The position numbers were made by a program, and so were the translations under genes. A stretch of DNA of 38,725 nucleotides from a virus (lineage: Duplodnaviria > Caudoviricetes). Below are positions 18,608 through 27,179 of this stretch, piece after piece. Positions within the stretch are counted from its first letter, which is position 1. Each line of letters opens with the position of its first letter. The notes beneath the pieces are model-generated. The model did not search any database and was not told the origin of the DNA. It saw only the letters and a program-made list of their open reading frames with translations. The stretch lies in the IMG/VR virus record IMGVR_UViG_3300044940_000463, positions 1 to 38,725 of that record; one strand, written 5' to 3'.

Positions 18608-18714
18608 TGTGAAGGCTGTGAGTTCTCTAAAATATTATTGCGTAGAACAATTTTTTTTTTCGAATACGCGCGTATACGCATTAATAATTTCGTAATTTCA
18701 CAGCCTTCACAGCC
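18608..18714. repeat. Nested inverted repeats around an AT/poly-T core (ori or operator candidate)
   Basis: Perfect 14-bp IR TGTGAAGGCTGTGA (18608-18621) / TCACAGCCTTCACA (18698-18711), an inner imperfect IR, and a T10 run. Confidence 0.75.
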
Positions 18715-18747
18715 GTTAACAGGTAACTACAAAAGATACTGACCCAC

Positions 18748-18758
18748 TGTGCTATACT
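18748..18758 (+). promoter_or_regulatory. Rightward extended -10 promoter lacking a -35
   Basis: TGTGCTATACT upstream of the first late-arm SD. Confidence 0.55.
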
Positions 18759-18784
18759 CGTTCCTGAGTAGAGGGGGATATTTT

Positions 18785-18994
18785 GTGGATCAAAAATGGC
18801 TTGAAGCTAGGCGTGAAGAGGTTAATCGTAAGCTTATTGAAGCTTTAGATGAACGCTCTTTACTTCAGCGAGAAGAGTTTGTAGCAATTTTAGCTCGTTT
18901 TGAACTTCGATTAATAGAGCGTCTTAAAATATTAGAGTTTAAAATGAGACAACTTGAAAGTAAAGTAAATGACACAAATGAGCCTAGCTCCTGA
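18785..18994 (+). CDS. Small coiled-coil protein
   Basis: GTG at 18785 after a GAGGGGG SD; heptad-like pattern. Confidence 0.65.
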   Translation: MDQKWLEARREEVNRKLIEALDERSLLQREEFVAILARFELRLIERLKILEFKMRQLESKVNDTNEPSS

Positions 18995-19376
18995 GCAATT
19001 AACTATACTTAGAGGTTTAATTACAGAAGCTGTGCAGCGTGAAGTAGATACTCAAATTGCTTTAGCTGTACGTAGAGAGGCTCTTGAGCATATTGCGCCG
19101 CTCAGGGAGCAGGTGCAAATTTTACGTGGTATTGTTTCACAATTACAAGAAGATTATCGCTTAATGCAACAGGAGTATACGGCACTTACACAAGTTATAT
19201 ATGGCGAACCTAAACTGGGTATTATTGGGCTAATGCCACAAGTTAAACGATTAGTTGAAAGTTTAGATAATTGGAGTAATCAATTAAAAGGGGCTAAAAT
19301 AACTGTTGGGGCACTAACTGTTTTAACCAGTGTAGATTTACTTCGATTTGTATATTCGATTTTAAATGGAGTATAA
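18969..19376 (+). CDS. Coiled-coil protein with hydrophobic C-terminus (possible holin-like/membrane protein)
   Basis: Coiled coil, then GAKITVGALTVLTSVDLLRFVYSIL. Confidence 0.5.
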   Translation: MTQMSLAPEQLTILRGLITEAVQREVDTQIALAVRREALEHIAPLREQVQILRGIVSQLQEDYRLMQQEYTALTQVIYGEPKLGIIGLMPQVKRLVESLDNWSNQLKGAKITVGALTVLTSVDLLRFVYSILNGV

Positions 19377-19377
19377 T

Positions 19378-19905
19378 ATGGCACGTCCTACAAAACGCAC
19401 TCCAAAAAAAGATGCTATGTTTTTTGAGCAACTAGCTCGTAACGGTATTGTAGGTTTAGCTGCTGAATATGCTGGGTATCGAAGAGAAAGTGTATATGAG
19501 TATCGTCGTAATGATCCTGAATTTGCTCAAAAATGGGATCATTGTATTCAGCTTAGTACAGAAAAATTAGAGGCTGAAGCTATTCGCCGTGCGAATGAAG
19601 GTGTGAAACGTTACGTACTCCATAAAGGTAAGGTAGTATATATTGATGTAGAAGAACCAGTTAAAGATGAAAAAGGGAAAATTGTATTAGGTGAAGATGG
19701 TAAACCTAAAACACATATTGTGCAAAAAGCATTAGTTGAACATGTTTATAGCGATACACTTACTATTTTTATGCTTAAAGCACGTAAACCAGAAGTCTAT
19801 CGGGATACTTTTGAAAAAGTTAAAACTCTTGATGAACCAAATGTTGATGATCTTACTGATGCCGAACTAGGTGTTATTGCTCGTCAATTACAGGAAAAGC
19901 AATGA
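19378..19905 (+). CDS. terS: Terminase small subunit
   Basis: MARPTKRTP, HTH-like AAEYAGYRRESVYEYR, DPEFAQKW, LEAEAIRRA, YSDTLTIFMLKARKPEVYRD. Confidence 0.85.
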   Translation: MARPTKRTPKKDAMFFEQLARNGIVGLAAEYAGYRRESVYEYRRNDPEFAQKWDHCIQLSTEKLEAEAIRRANEGVKRYVLHKGKVVYIDVEEPVKDEKGKIVLGEDGKPKTHIVQKALVEHVYSDTLTIFMLKARKPEVYRDTFEKVKTLDEPNVDDLTDAELGVIARQLQEKQ

Positions 19906-20882
19906 TTATTCATAATCATCTTTATACATATGTAACAGAAAATGCTGAACCTGCAAAAATACGCCTTAAAACTGATTTTATTGTAGTTCATCATGCAGGT
20001 GCGATATATCAAAAAGGTAATGCATGTAGGGCTATTTTTAATTTTCATAGTCAAAAATGGCCGAAATATGGTCGCATTGGGTACCATATTGTATTACAAG
20101 AAGAAGTAGATAATAGTATCACGATGCAAATTGTCAATCCTTTGGGGATTGTTGGAGCAAATGTAGCTCAGCGTAATCATCAAGTTGTTGGAATTTGTGC
20201 GGCTACAAATTTTTTAAATGTTCGACAACCTGAACAAAAATGGTTAGATGCTATACGATTTAGTTTGCAATATGTTCAAAATATATATCCTTTGGCACGT
20301 GTGGTAGGGCATAAAGATATTGCGTTACCAGAATATGCAACAACATGTCCAGGTAATTATTGGGATAGTTGGAAACATTATGTAATACCTAAAGATATGA
20401 CACAAACATACGTTATTGGGGTTAAACCTAGTTGTACTTTAGCTCAGTTTCGTGCTTTTTTGGTACGTCGTAATGCACCTATTACTGTTGAAGTTATAGA
20501 GCGTATTTATACCTTAGCCCAATGGTTGGATATTGATCCTGCTTTTTTAGCAGCGTTGTGGTATGCGGAACAAGGATCATCAAATCATGCTCTAGGCGAT
20601 ACGGCTGTCGGACGGGCAACACGTAACCCGCTTAATATAAAAGCATATGGTAGGTGGCCTCATGTTTCAGTAGGTGGGGTTATGTGGAACCAATATGAAA
20701 GCTGGCAGTTGGGTCTGATGCATGGCATTATGCATCTTAAACAGATTTATGGGGCTAGTGGATTGCTAACTGTTGAGCAAATTATACCTGTATTCGCTCC
20801 AGTTTCAGATGGTAATAAGCCACAAGCTTACATTAATCGTTTGTTGGCTACAATGCATGCTATTAAAGAAATTAAGGTATAA
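19902..20882 (+). CDS. Endolysin: Amidase_2 + C-terminal glucosaminidase/lysozyme-like domain
   Basis: VVHHA, IGYH, VGHKD, TTCPG zinc-amidase motifs; C-terminal AE...NPLNI...YESW...TVEQIIPVFAP. Confidence 0.88.
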   Translation: MIIHNHLYTYVTENAEPAKIRLKTDFIVVHHAGAIYQKGNACRAIFNFHSQKWPKYGRIGYHIVLQEEVDNSITMQIVNPLGIVGANVAQRNHQVVGICAATNFLNVRQPEQKWLDAIRFSLQYVQNIYPLARVVGHKDIALPEYATTCPGNYWDSWKHYVIPKDMTQTYVIGVKPSCTLAQFRAFLVRRNAPITVEVIERIYTLAQWLDIDPAFLAALWYAEQGSSNHALGDTAVGRATRNPLNIKAYGRWPHVSVGGVMWNQYESWQLGLMHGIMHLKQIYGASGLLTVEQIIPVFAPVSDGNKPQAYINRLLATMHAIKEIKV

Positions 20883-20884
20883 TT

Positions 20885-21145
20885 ATGCCTATTTTGTACT
20901 TGTTTATTTTTCTTTTGTTTTTAGAATTAATAGTACCAGGATTAGGGGCTAATTTTTTTGTTGGGGGTTTGGCAATTATTAACGTAATTGTTACATCAAA
21001 ATATGTGGGGTTAGTTATTGGGTTAGTATTTCTTATTCCTGCGTATTTATTTGGTTGGAACGGAGCGATTAATTTGATCTACACTCAAGCTAAACTGAAG
21101 GCTCAGTTAGATAAAGAAAAAAATCAACGTTCAATTTTTGGTTAG
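20885..21145 (+). CDS. Putative holin
   Basis: 86 aa, 2-3 TM segments, charged C-terminal tail, adjacent to the endolysin. Confidence 0.55.
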   Translation: MPILYLFIFLLFLELIVPGLGANFFVGGLAIINVIVTSKYVGLVIGLVFLIPAYLFGWNGAINLIYTQAKLKAQLDKEKNQRSIFG

Positions 21146-21147
21146 TT

Positions 21148-21531
21148 ATGTTTAAATATAATTTAATTAAATTTAATATTTTATTATTATTATTATTTTA
21201 TGTTGTAATTTGTTTTTCTGTGCAAGCTCAGGATGTAAGTCGATTATATGTAACTCGTATAAATGAAAGAATTTCACGTTTAGAAATAGTAAAGGGAACC
21301 CGATATGTAGAAACTTGTGTTTTTTTACATTCACAAGGTTATGATCAATTAGTCTATTGTTCAAAAGAGCCATATACTTCAATACGATGGTTTCCTCGTG
21401 ATCTTGCTTTTAGGATCGATAGTTCTAGTTATTTTTATGCTGAAGGTTATGATTTAGAGAACGGACTAATTGAACGTTATGCAATGTTTGTTGTTCCTCA
21501 ATATCGCTATTATTTACCTTTGACCTACTGA
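21148..21531 (+). CDS. Secreted hypothetical protein
   Basis: Signal peptide ending VQA-QD; C-terminus YRYYLPLTY. Confidence 0.55.
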   Translation: MFKYNLIKFNILLLLLFYVVICFSVQAQDVSRLYVTRINERISRLEIVKGTRYVETCVFLHSQGYDQLVYCSKEPYTSIRWFPRDLAFRIDSSSYFYAEGYDLENGLIERYAMFVVPQYRYYLPLTY

Positions 21532-23051
21532 TGATAACTGCTGAACAAGCTGCACAAGAATTGTTAGCTCGTAGACGTGCTAGAGCTAATTTTCCTGATT
21601 TTATTCAATATGTTAATCCTGCTTATCAGTTTCAGTGGTTTCATCGTGTTTTAGCAGAGAAACTTCAACAGTGGTATGAAGGATCAATTCGAAATTTAAT
21701 TGTGAATATGCCGCCACGTAATGGAAAAAGTGAACAATGTAGTCGTTTGTTACCAGCATTTATATTTGGTAATGATCCTAATGCACATATTATAGCTACA
21801 TCATATAGTAGTGATTTAGCTAGATTGTTGAATAGAGATGTTCAGCGTATAATTGACAGCCCGCGTTATCGAAATCTTTTTCCTAGAACATGCCTTAATA
21901 CACGCAATGTGCGATCTGATGCTCAAGGTTCTTATCTTCGAAATACTGATATATTTGAAATAGTAGGTTATAGAGGGCAATATCGCAGTACGGGGCGGGG
22001 TGGTGGCGTCACTGGCATGGGTGGAAAATTTCTTATTGTTGATGATCCTATTAAAGATAAAGAAGAAGCTAGATCCTCAGTTATTAAAGAAGCTGCATAT
22101 AATTGGTTAACAACAACATTTTTTAGTCGTCAAGCTGATGATACTGCACGTAAATTAATTATTGCTACACGTTGGGCTTATGATGATCCTGTCGGACGGT
22201 TACTTGATCTGAGCACTCCTGGGTCAGATACGTATGATCCTAATGCAGAGACGTGGGAAATAGTAACATTCCCAGCTTTGGCTTATGATTATGATGATCC
22301 TGCTAGGTCTCCTGAAGACAAGCGAGAACCAGGAGAACCCTTGTGGCCTACAAAATTTAGTAAGCGTTTTCTTTTAGCTTTTAAAGCTAATAATGCTGAA
22401 GATTTTGAAGCTATTCAGCAACAACGTCCAGTAAGTTCAGGTAATGCAATCTTTGAACGTCATTGGTTTAAAATTGTTAAGGCAACTCCAAATCAGGCTG
22501 TCCGTGTTCGCTATTGGGATAAAGCAGGTACAGCCGATGGGGGTGCATACACTGTAGGTACGCTTTTAGCTTTTGATGGAGTTAATTACTATATTGAAGA
22601 TGTTATTCGGAAACAATTGGCTTACAGTGAAAGAGAAGCGCTAATTAAACAAACAGCTATACTTGATAATATGCGTTATGGATCTATTCAACTTGAAAAT
22701 GGATTAGATCCTATTACTACTTTTATTGAACAAGAACCAGGATCAGGTGGTTTAGAAAGTGCTGAGAGAACAATTTTAATGTTAGCGCCTTTTTCTGCTT
22801 ATAAAGATCGTGTAATTGGAGATAAAACCATACGAGCTAACGGTGTTAGTGCTCAAGCTAAAGCTGGTAATATTTTTATACTTGAAGCCGATTGGAATGA
22901 AGGTTGGTTAAATCGTGTTACACAATTCCCTAAAGGAAAATTTAAAGATGAAGTAGATAGCTTAAGTGGAGCCTTTAATAAACTTAGCTTAGGCTGGGAG
23001 CAAGTTTATACGTTTGTAGAAGATGTATATAAAGATATTAGCGTGGTATAA
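21531..23051 (+). CDS. terL: Terminase large subunit
   Basis: MPPRNGKS, LIVDDPIK, ATRW, QQRP, YWDKA, KDEVDSLS. Confidence 0.95.
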   Translation: MITAEQAAQELLARRRARANFPDFIQYVNPAYQFQWFHRVLAEKLQQWYEGSIRNLIVNMPPRNGKSEQCSRLLPAFIFGNDPNAHIIATSYSSDLARLLNRDVQRIIDSPRYRNLFPRTCLNTRNVRSDAQGSYLRNTDIFEIVGYRGQYRSTGRGGGVTGMGGKFLIVDDPIKDKEEARSSVIKEAAYNWLTTTFFSRQADDTARKLIIATRWAYDDPVGRLLDLSTPGSDTYDPNAETWEIVTFPALAYDYDDPARSPEDKREPGEPLWPTKFSKRFLLAFKANNAEDFEAIQQQRPVSSGNAIFERHWFKIVKATPNQAVRVRYWDKAGTADGGAYTVGTLLAFDGVNYYIEDVIRKQLAYSEREALIKQTAILDNMRYGSIQLENGLDPITTFIEQEPGSGGLESAERTILMLAPFSAYKDRVIGDKTIRANGVSAQAKAGNIFILEADWNEGWLNRVTQFPKGKFKDEVDSLSGAFNKLSLGWEQVYTFVEDVYKDISVV

Positions 23052-23475
23052 CATAGGCATACTTAAAGTCTAATTATTATACCACTAAATTTATAAATGA
23101 ATTTAAGGGTATCTCTAATTTTGAGATGCTTAAATATAAAATTAGGTTAGCCTAAAAAAAGTATAAGGTATTTAAAATATTGTTGGATAAACTCTGTTTG
23201 TAAGCTATTAATTTCAGTACGCTAAAATTTAGCTTTAATTGAGCTTAGTCGCACAATAACACTAAGCATTGGGATGCTATATTTTTAAAGTTTTAGGTAG
23301 AGCGCAGTCAGGATACCTGAAGCTTAAGTGTCGGGGTTTAGGAGCCTTCTGGCTGTGGAGCGCATTGGAATGCGGTAAAATTGGCCTTATTTTGCATAAC
23401 TCTTTACACTTAGCAAAAGTTAAGTAAAATAAATTATTTACAGTTTTCAACTAGTCATTTTGTCGGTTTGTTTAC

Positions 23476-23508
23476 AAAAAAAAAGCCCTTAGCTAATTCG
23501 CTAAGGGC
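23476..23508 (-). terminator. Intrinsic terminator for the antisense moron
   Basis: GCCCTTAGC-loop-GCTAAGGGC followed by a long U-tract on the minus strand. Confidence 0.88.
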
Positions 23509-23527
23509 GCAAGTAGGAAATTAAAAT

Positions 23528-23890
23528 TTAAGTAAGAAGGTCAAGAAAGTTATCTTGTTTTGGTTGGGTGTACAGAGCTTGCATACGATTGAAGTTGTTT
23601 ATCCAACATTCAAAACGGCTCCCTAAACGTTGACGACTAACCACATCAAGCATATTATCAATAGGAGCTGAATGAACTGCTTTACCAACCCCGAAATATT
23701 CACGGCCTTGAAAAATCCATAAATGATTACGGCTGGCTGGTACGCATAGCTCAGGGTTAGCAAACCAACGTGCGCTAGGATTAGATGGTTCATAAACGAG
23801 GAAACCACGCTCAGGATCGATAGCTTCAATCCGGCAAAAAACCCCGCCGCCGACAAGATTGATGATAAGATCGCCGATTGAGAACGTCAT
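23528..23890 (-). CDS. Antisense moron 1, hypothetical 120-aa protein
   Basis: ATG 23890 behind AAGGAG; own promoter and terminator; SH3/KOW-like start (FSIGDLI). Confidence 0.8.
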   Translation of the reverse strand: MTFSIGDLIINLVGGGVFCRIEAIDPERGFLVYEPSNPSARWFANPELCVPASRNHLWIFQGREYFGVGKAVHSAPIDNMLDVVSRQRLGSRFECWINNFNRMQALYTQPKQDNFLDLLT

Positions 23891-23934
23891 TGGAGTAGCT
23901 CCTTGAGTTACGTTAGCCATTTGCTAACAAGAGT

Positions 23935-23963
23935 ATTATAGCTTAAGTTAAGCTAATTGTCAA
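23935..23963 (-). promoter_or_regulatory. Perfect consensus sigma70 promoter
   Basis: TTGACA-N17-TATAAT. Confidence 0.9.
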
Positions 23964-23982
23964 TACCCTAATTAAAGGTAAG

Positions 23983-25503
23983 TTGATGCAAAATAGTAAA
24001 GTACAATTAATTGAGCGAATTAAAGAATTAGAAGATGCCCTAGAAGGTTGGGAGCGATTAGGTGGGGGTGTAGATCAAGAATTAACTCCTGAAAGTATTA
24101 AGGAGATTGCACGTCGTGCCCGAATTTTTTATCTTAAAAATCCACTGGTTAATCGTGGGATTAATGTTAAAGCAGATTATGTGTGGGGTAGAGGGTTAAA
24201 TATAAATGCTCCAAATCCTGAACTAAATAAAGTTATTCAGTCTTTTCTTGATGATACAAATAATAAAGCTGAACTAACCACACAGCAAGCACGTATTCAA
24301 AGAGAAATTGAATTACAAACAGATGGTAATTTATTTTTTGTTTTATTTGTACATCCATTGACAGGTTCAGTTCGTGTATCATTTATACCTTTACATGAAA
24401 TTGATGCAATTATACCCGATCCTAATTCACGAAATAAGAATATAGCTTATAGACGAGTTTATACTGTTCAGGATTGGGATTTTAATACTGGTACGTATAA
24501 AAATGTACAGCATACAGAATATTATAAAGACTGGCATTTAACTGAAGATCTTATGATCGGCGATAAGCCTGTGGTATCTAATGCCGTAGTATATCATGTC
24601 AAGATCGGTGCATTTAGTGATTGGCAATTTGGGGTAAGTGATATATATGCAGCTTTAGATTGGGCTAAAGCTTATACTGAATTTTTAAGCAATTTTGCAT
24701 CAATCGTAGCTGCACATAGACGTTATGCATGGGAACTAACTGCTAAAGGTGGCGCACGAGGTGTGCAAGCTGCTAAACAACGTTTGAGTACAACTATAGG
24801 TGATCCAGGAACAAATCGTTTTGATACAAATCCTTCATCTGTTACTGCTGCTACATTCATTACTACTGAACCAGGTACTCTAACTCCTGTAAAAACAGCA
24901 GGAGCTACCACCCCAGCCACCGAAGGTAGGCCATTGAAGCTTATGGTAGCAGCAGCACAGGGTGTGCCTGAAACATTCTATGGAGACGCTGATGTAGGGA
25001 ACCATGCCACAGCAAAAACACTTGATCGGCCTACTGAATTAGGGTTTACTAATCGTCAAGAATTATGGAAGCAGATATACGCTGATATTTTGGATTATGT
25101 TGTGTTGTGCGCAGTTAAGGCTCCGAACGGCCCATTAACCCCATATGGCAGAATTGAAATAAATGAATATAATGAGCCATATGTAGTGTTTAAAGAAGGT
25201 TTTGATCGTAGAATTAGTATAGATTTTCCGCCATTGCTTGAACGTGATACAGAAGCATACATTAGAGCACTCATTAGTGCCTTTACATTTGATGGTAAAC
25301 AGCTTACTGAATATTTTGCAGCAGATCCACGTTATGTAATAAAGCTTTTATTAACGGCTATTGGAGAAAATAATGTAGATGAAATTTTAGATCAATTGTT
25401 TTCAGATTGGGAAGATGTGGAGACCGAACAAGATTTAATGCTTGTCTCTGAAGCAGCTAAAGAATTAGCCCAGGCTATTAAAAATGCTCAGCACACCACA
25501 TAA
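23983..25503 (+). CDS. Portal protein
   Basis: Size and position; NPLVNRGI, DGNLF, FGVSDI, GVPETFYG...NHATA. Confidence 0.88.
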   Translation: MMQNSKVQLIERIKELEDALEGWERLGGGVDQELTPESIKEIARRARIFYLKNPLVNRGINVKADYVWGRGLNINAPNPELNKVIQSFLDDTNNKAELTTQQARIQREIELQTDGNLFFVLFVHPLTGSVRVSFIPLHEIDAIIPDPNSRNKNIAYRRVYTVQDWDFNTGTYKNVQHTEYYKDWHLTEDLMIGDKPVVSNAVVYHVKIGAFSDWQFGVSDIYAALDWAKAYTEFLSNFASIVAAHRRYAWELTAKGGARGVQAAKQRLSTTIGDPGTNRFDTNPSSVTAATFITTEPGTLTPVKTAGATTPATEGRPLKLMVAAAQGVPETFYGDADVGNHATAKTLDRPTELGFTNRQELWKQIYADILDYVVLCAVKAPNGPLTPYGRIEINEYNEPYVVFKEGFDRRISIDFPPLLERDTEAYIRALISAFTFDGKQLTEYFAADPRYVIKLLLTAIGENNVDEILDQLFSDWEDVETEQDLMLVSEAAKELAQAIKNAQHTT

Positions 25504-26923
25504 AGATCAAGCTATTTTATTATTAGAAACCATACACGTTAAAAAGACTATTCGGATTTTACAGCCTTATGAACGCAAATTAGCACGTGGTATACGAACA
25601 GTTTTTAATAAACAATTAGCAGAGTTGCTAGCTGTTCTTGAACGTTCTTATCAATTACAAGAAAGTGATGTTAAAAATGATATTGATCAAGCATTAAGTA
25701 GTGTAAACACATTTTTTGCTAATTTGCTTAATAAAGCTGTTAAGGAAATTATTAAAATAGGTGCATTAGCAGCTATTGATCAATTACAATTGGGTATTTC
25801 ATTTGCTATTGTTAACCCTCTTGTTGTTGCGTATTTGAAAAATTATGGGGGAGAGCAAGTTACACGAATTAATGAAACAACACGTAAAATAATTGCAGAT
25901 ATTGTAACTACAGGCATTCAAAACGGTACACCTTACACTATTCTTGCGCAGGAATTGCGTGATAAATTTCGTGAATTTTCAACACCTATTAAAAGACCGA
26001 AACATATTAGGGATCGTGCAGAATTAATTGCTGTTGATCAATTAGCGCGTGGATACCAATATGGTAATTATGCTTCAGTACAAACAGCAAAAGATGTATT
26101 AGGTATACAGTTTGAAAAAAAGTGGGAAACTGTAGGCGATGATCGGGTATCCGATGGTTGCAGGGAAAATAGCAACATGGGTTGGATACCCATGGAGCAG
26201 GAGTATCGTAATGGAGTAGTAGTTCCCCCACGTTTTCCTGGCTGTCGTTGTGCTGAAGCGTATCGAAGGATAAAATCTGATCCTAACCTTTCTAAACAAG
26301 AATTAAAGCAACTTAAAGATACTTCACTACCTGTTCGATCATTTAGTTCAGGTAGTGAAGCTGATGAATACTTTAAAAAGAATAGGTTACACAAAAAATT
26401 TAATATTGAGCAACTTAATGTTTTAAATTTTTATCAAGCTAATGGTTATGAGCAAATAAATGGTTATCTCCGTGGTTTAACAATTCCTAGAAATAAAGAA
26501 GCATTAGATTATAATATTGGCATACTAGATAAAATGTTTAAAGCTTCAATCTTAAAAGATAATATACAAGTTTATCGTGGGTTAGGAGCAGATATAGATG
26601 ATCAGTTAGCAATACAATTTATGGAAACTTTAGTACCAGGTATAGTATTTCAAGATAAAGGATATACATCAACTACAGTAGATCCGGCTGTAGCAGAACG
26701 GTTTGGGTGGGGTACTGCTTCAAGTAAATTTCTTAATACAGTTAGTTTAACCATTAAAATACCTGCAGGCACTCCTGCACTTTATATGCCTACTGTAAAT
26801 CCTAATAAGCTTACTCAGGAGAGTGAATTACTTTTACCCCGTGGTACGTTGTATAAGGTAATTAGTAGAGAAGTTAAAAATGGGGTAACATATATAGAAT
26901 TAGAGGTTATTCCTAATGCGTAA
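25484..26923 (+). CDS. MuF/SPP1 gp7-like minor head protein fused to a VIP2-like ADP-ribosyltransferase
   Basis: RAELIA, KKWETVGDDRV, PPRFPGCRC; then INGYLRG, VYRG, GYTSTT, QESELLLPRG. Confidence 0.9.
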   Translation: MLSTPHKDQAILLLETIHVKKTIRILQPYERKLARGIRTVFNKQLAELLAVLERSYQLQESDVKNDIDQALSSVNTFFANLLNKAVKEIIKIGALAAIDQLQLGISFAIVNPLVVAYLKNYGGEQVTRINETTRKIIADIVTTGIQNGTPYTILAQELRDKFREFSTPIKRPKHIRDRAELIAVDQLARGYQYGNYASVQTAKDVLGIQFEKKWETVGDDRVSDGCRENSNMGWIPMEQEYRNGVVVPPRFPGCRCAEAYRRIKSDPNLSKQELKQLKDTSLPVRSFSSGSEADEYFKKNRLHKKFNIEQLNVLNFYQANGYEQINGYLRGLTIPRNKEALDYNIGILDKMFKASILKDNIQVYRGLGADIDDQLAIQFMETLVPGIVFQDKGYTSTTVDPAVAERFGWGTASSKFLNTVSLTIKIPAGTPALYMPTVNPNKLTQESELLLPRGTLYKVISREVKNGVTYIELEVIPNA

Positions 26924-27179
26924 ATTTACAAGTCCTATGGGATTTAACGTTGTAACTAATCCCCCTGCTAAAGTAATTACACTTGAAAGTATTCAAGCTA
27001 TAGGGCGTGTGCTTGAGATTAAACCACAAACTATAAATAGTGCTCAACAGATTGCGTGGTTTGGGGTTAAGGTGTTTAATCCTACTGAAGTAGTTACATA
27101 TAAAGACGGGGTTTTTATATCAAAAACCGTATGTGTAACTGCTGAAAGTTTATTGGAGCAAAGCAATGCAAATGACTGA
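26916..27179 (+). CDS. Small hypothetical protein (candidate immunity/partner)
   Basis: 87 aa; overlaps both neighbouring genes. Confidence 0.55.
   Translation: MRKFTSPMGFNVVTNPPAKVITLESIQAIGRVLEIKPQTINSAQQIAWFGVKVFNPTEVVTYKDGVFISKTVCVTAESLLEQSNAND

Noticed and set aside
23052-23527. Group I intron or mini-CRISPR array after terL
   Set aside because: TerL is complete, with its nuclease motifs before the stop, and there are no regularly spaced 25-40 bp repeats.
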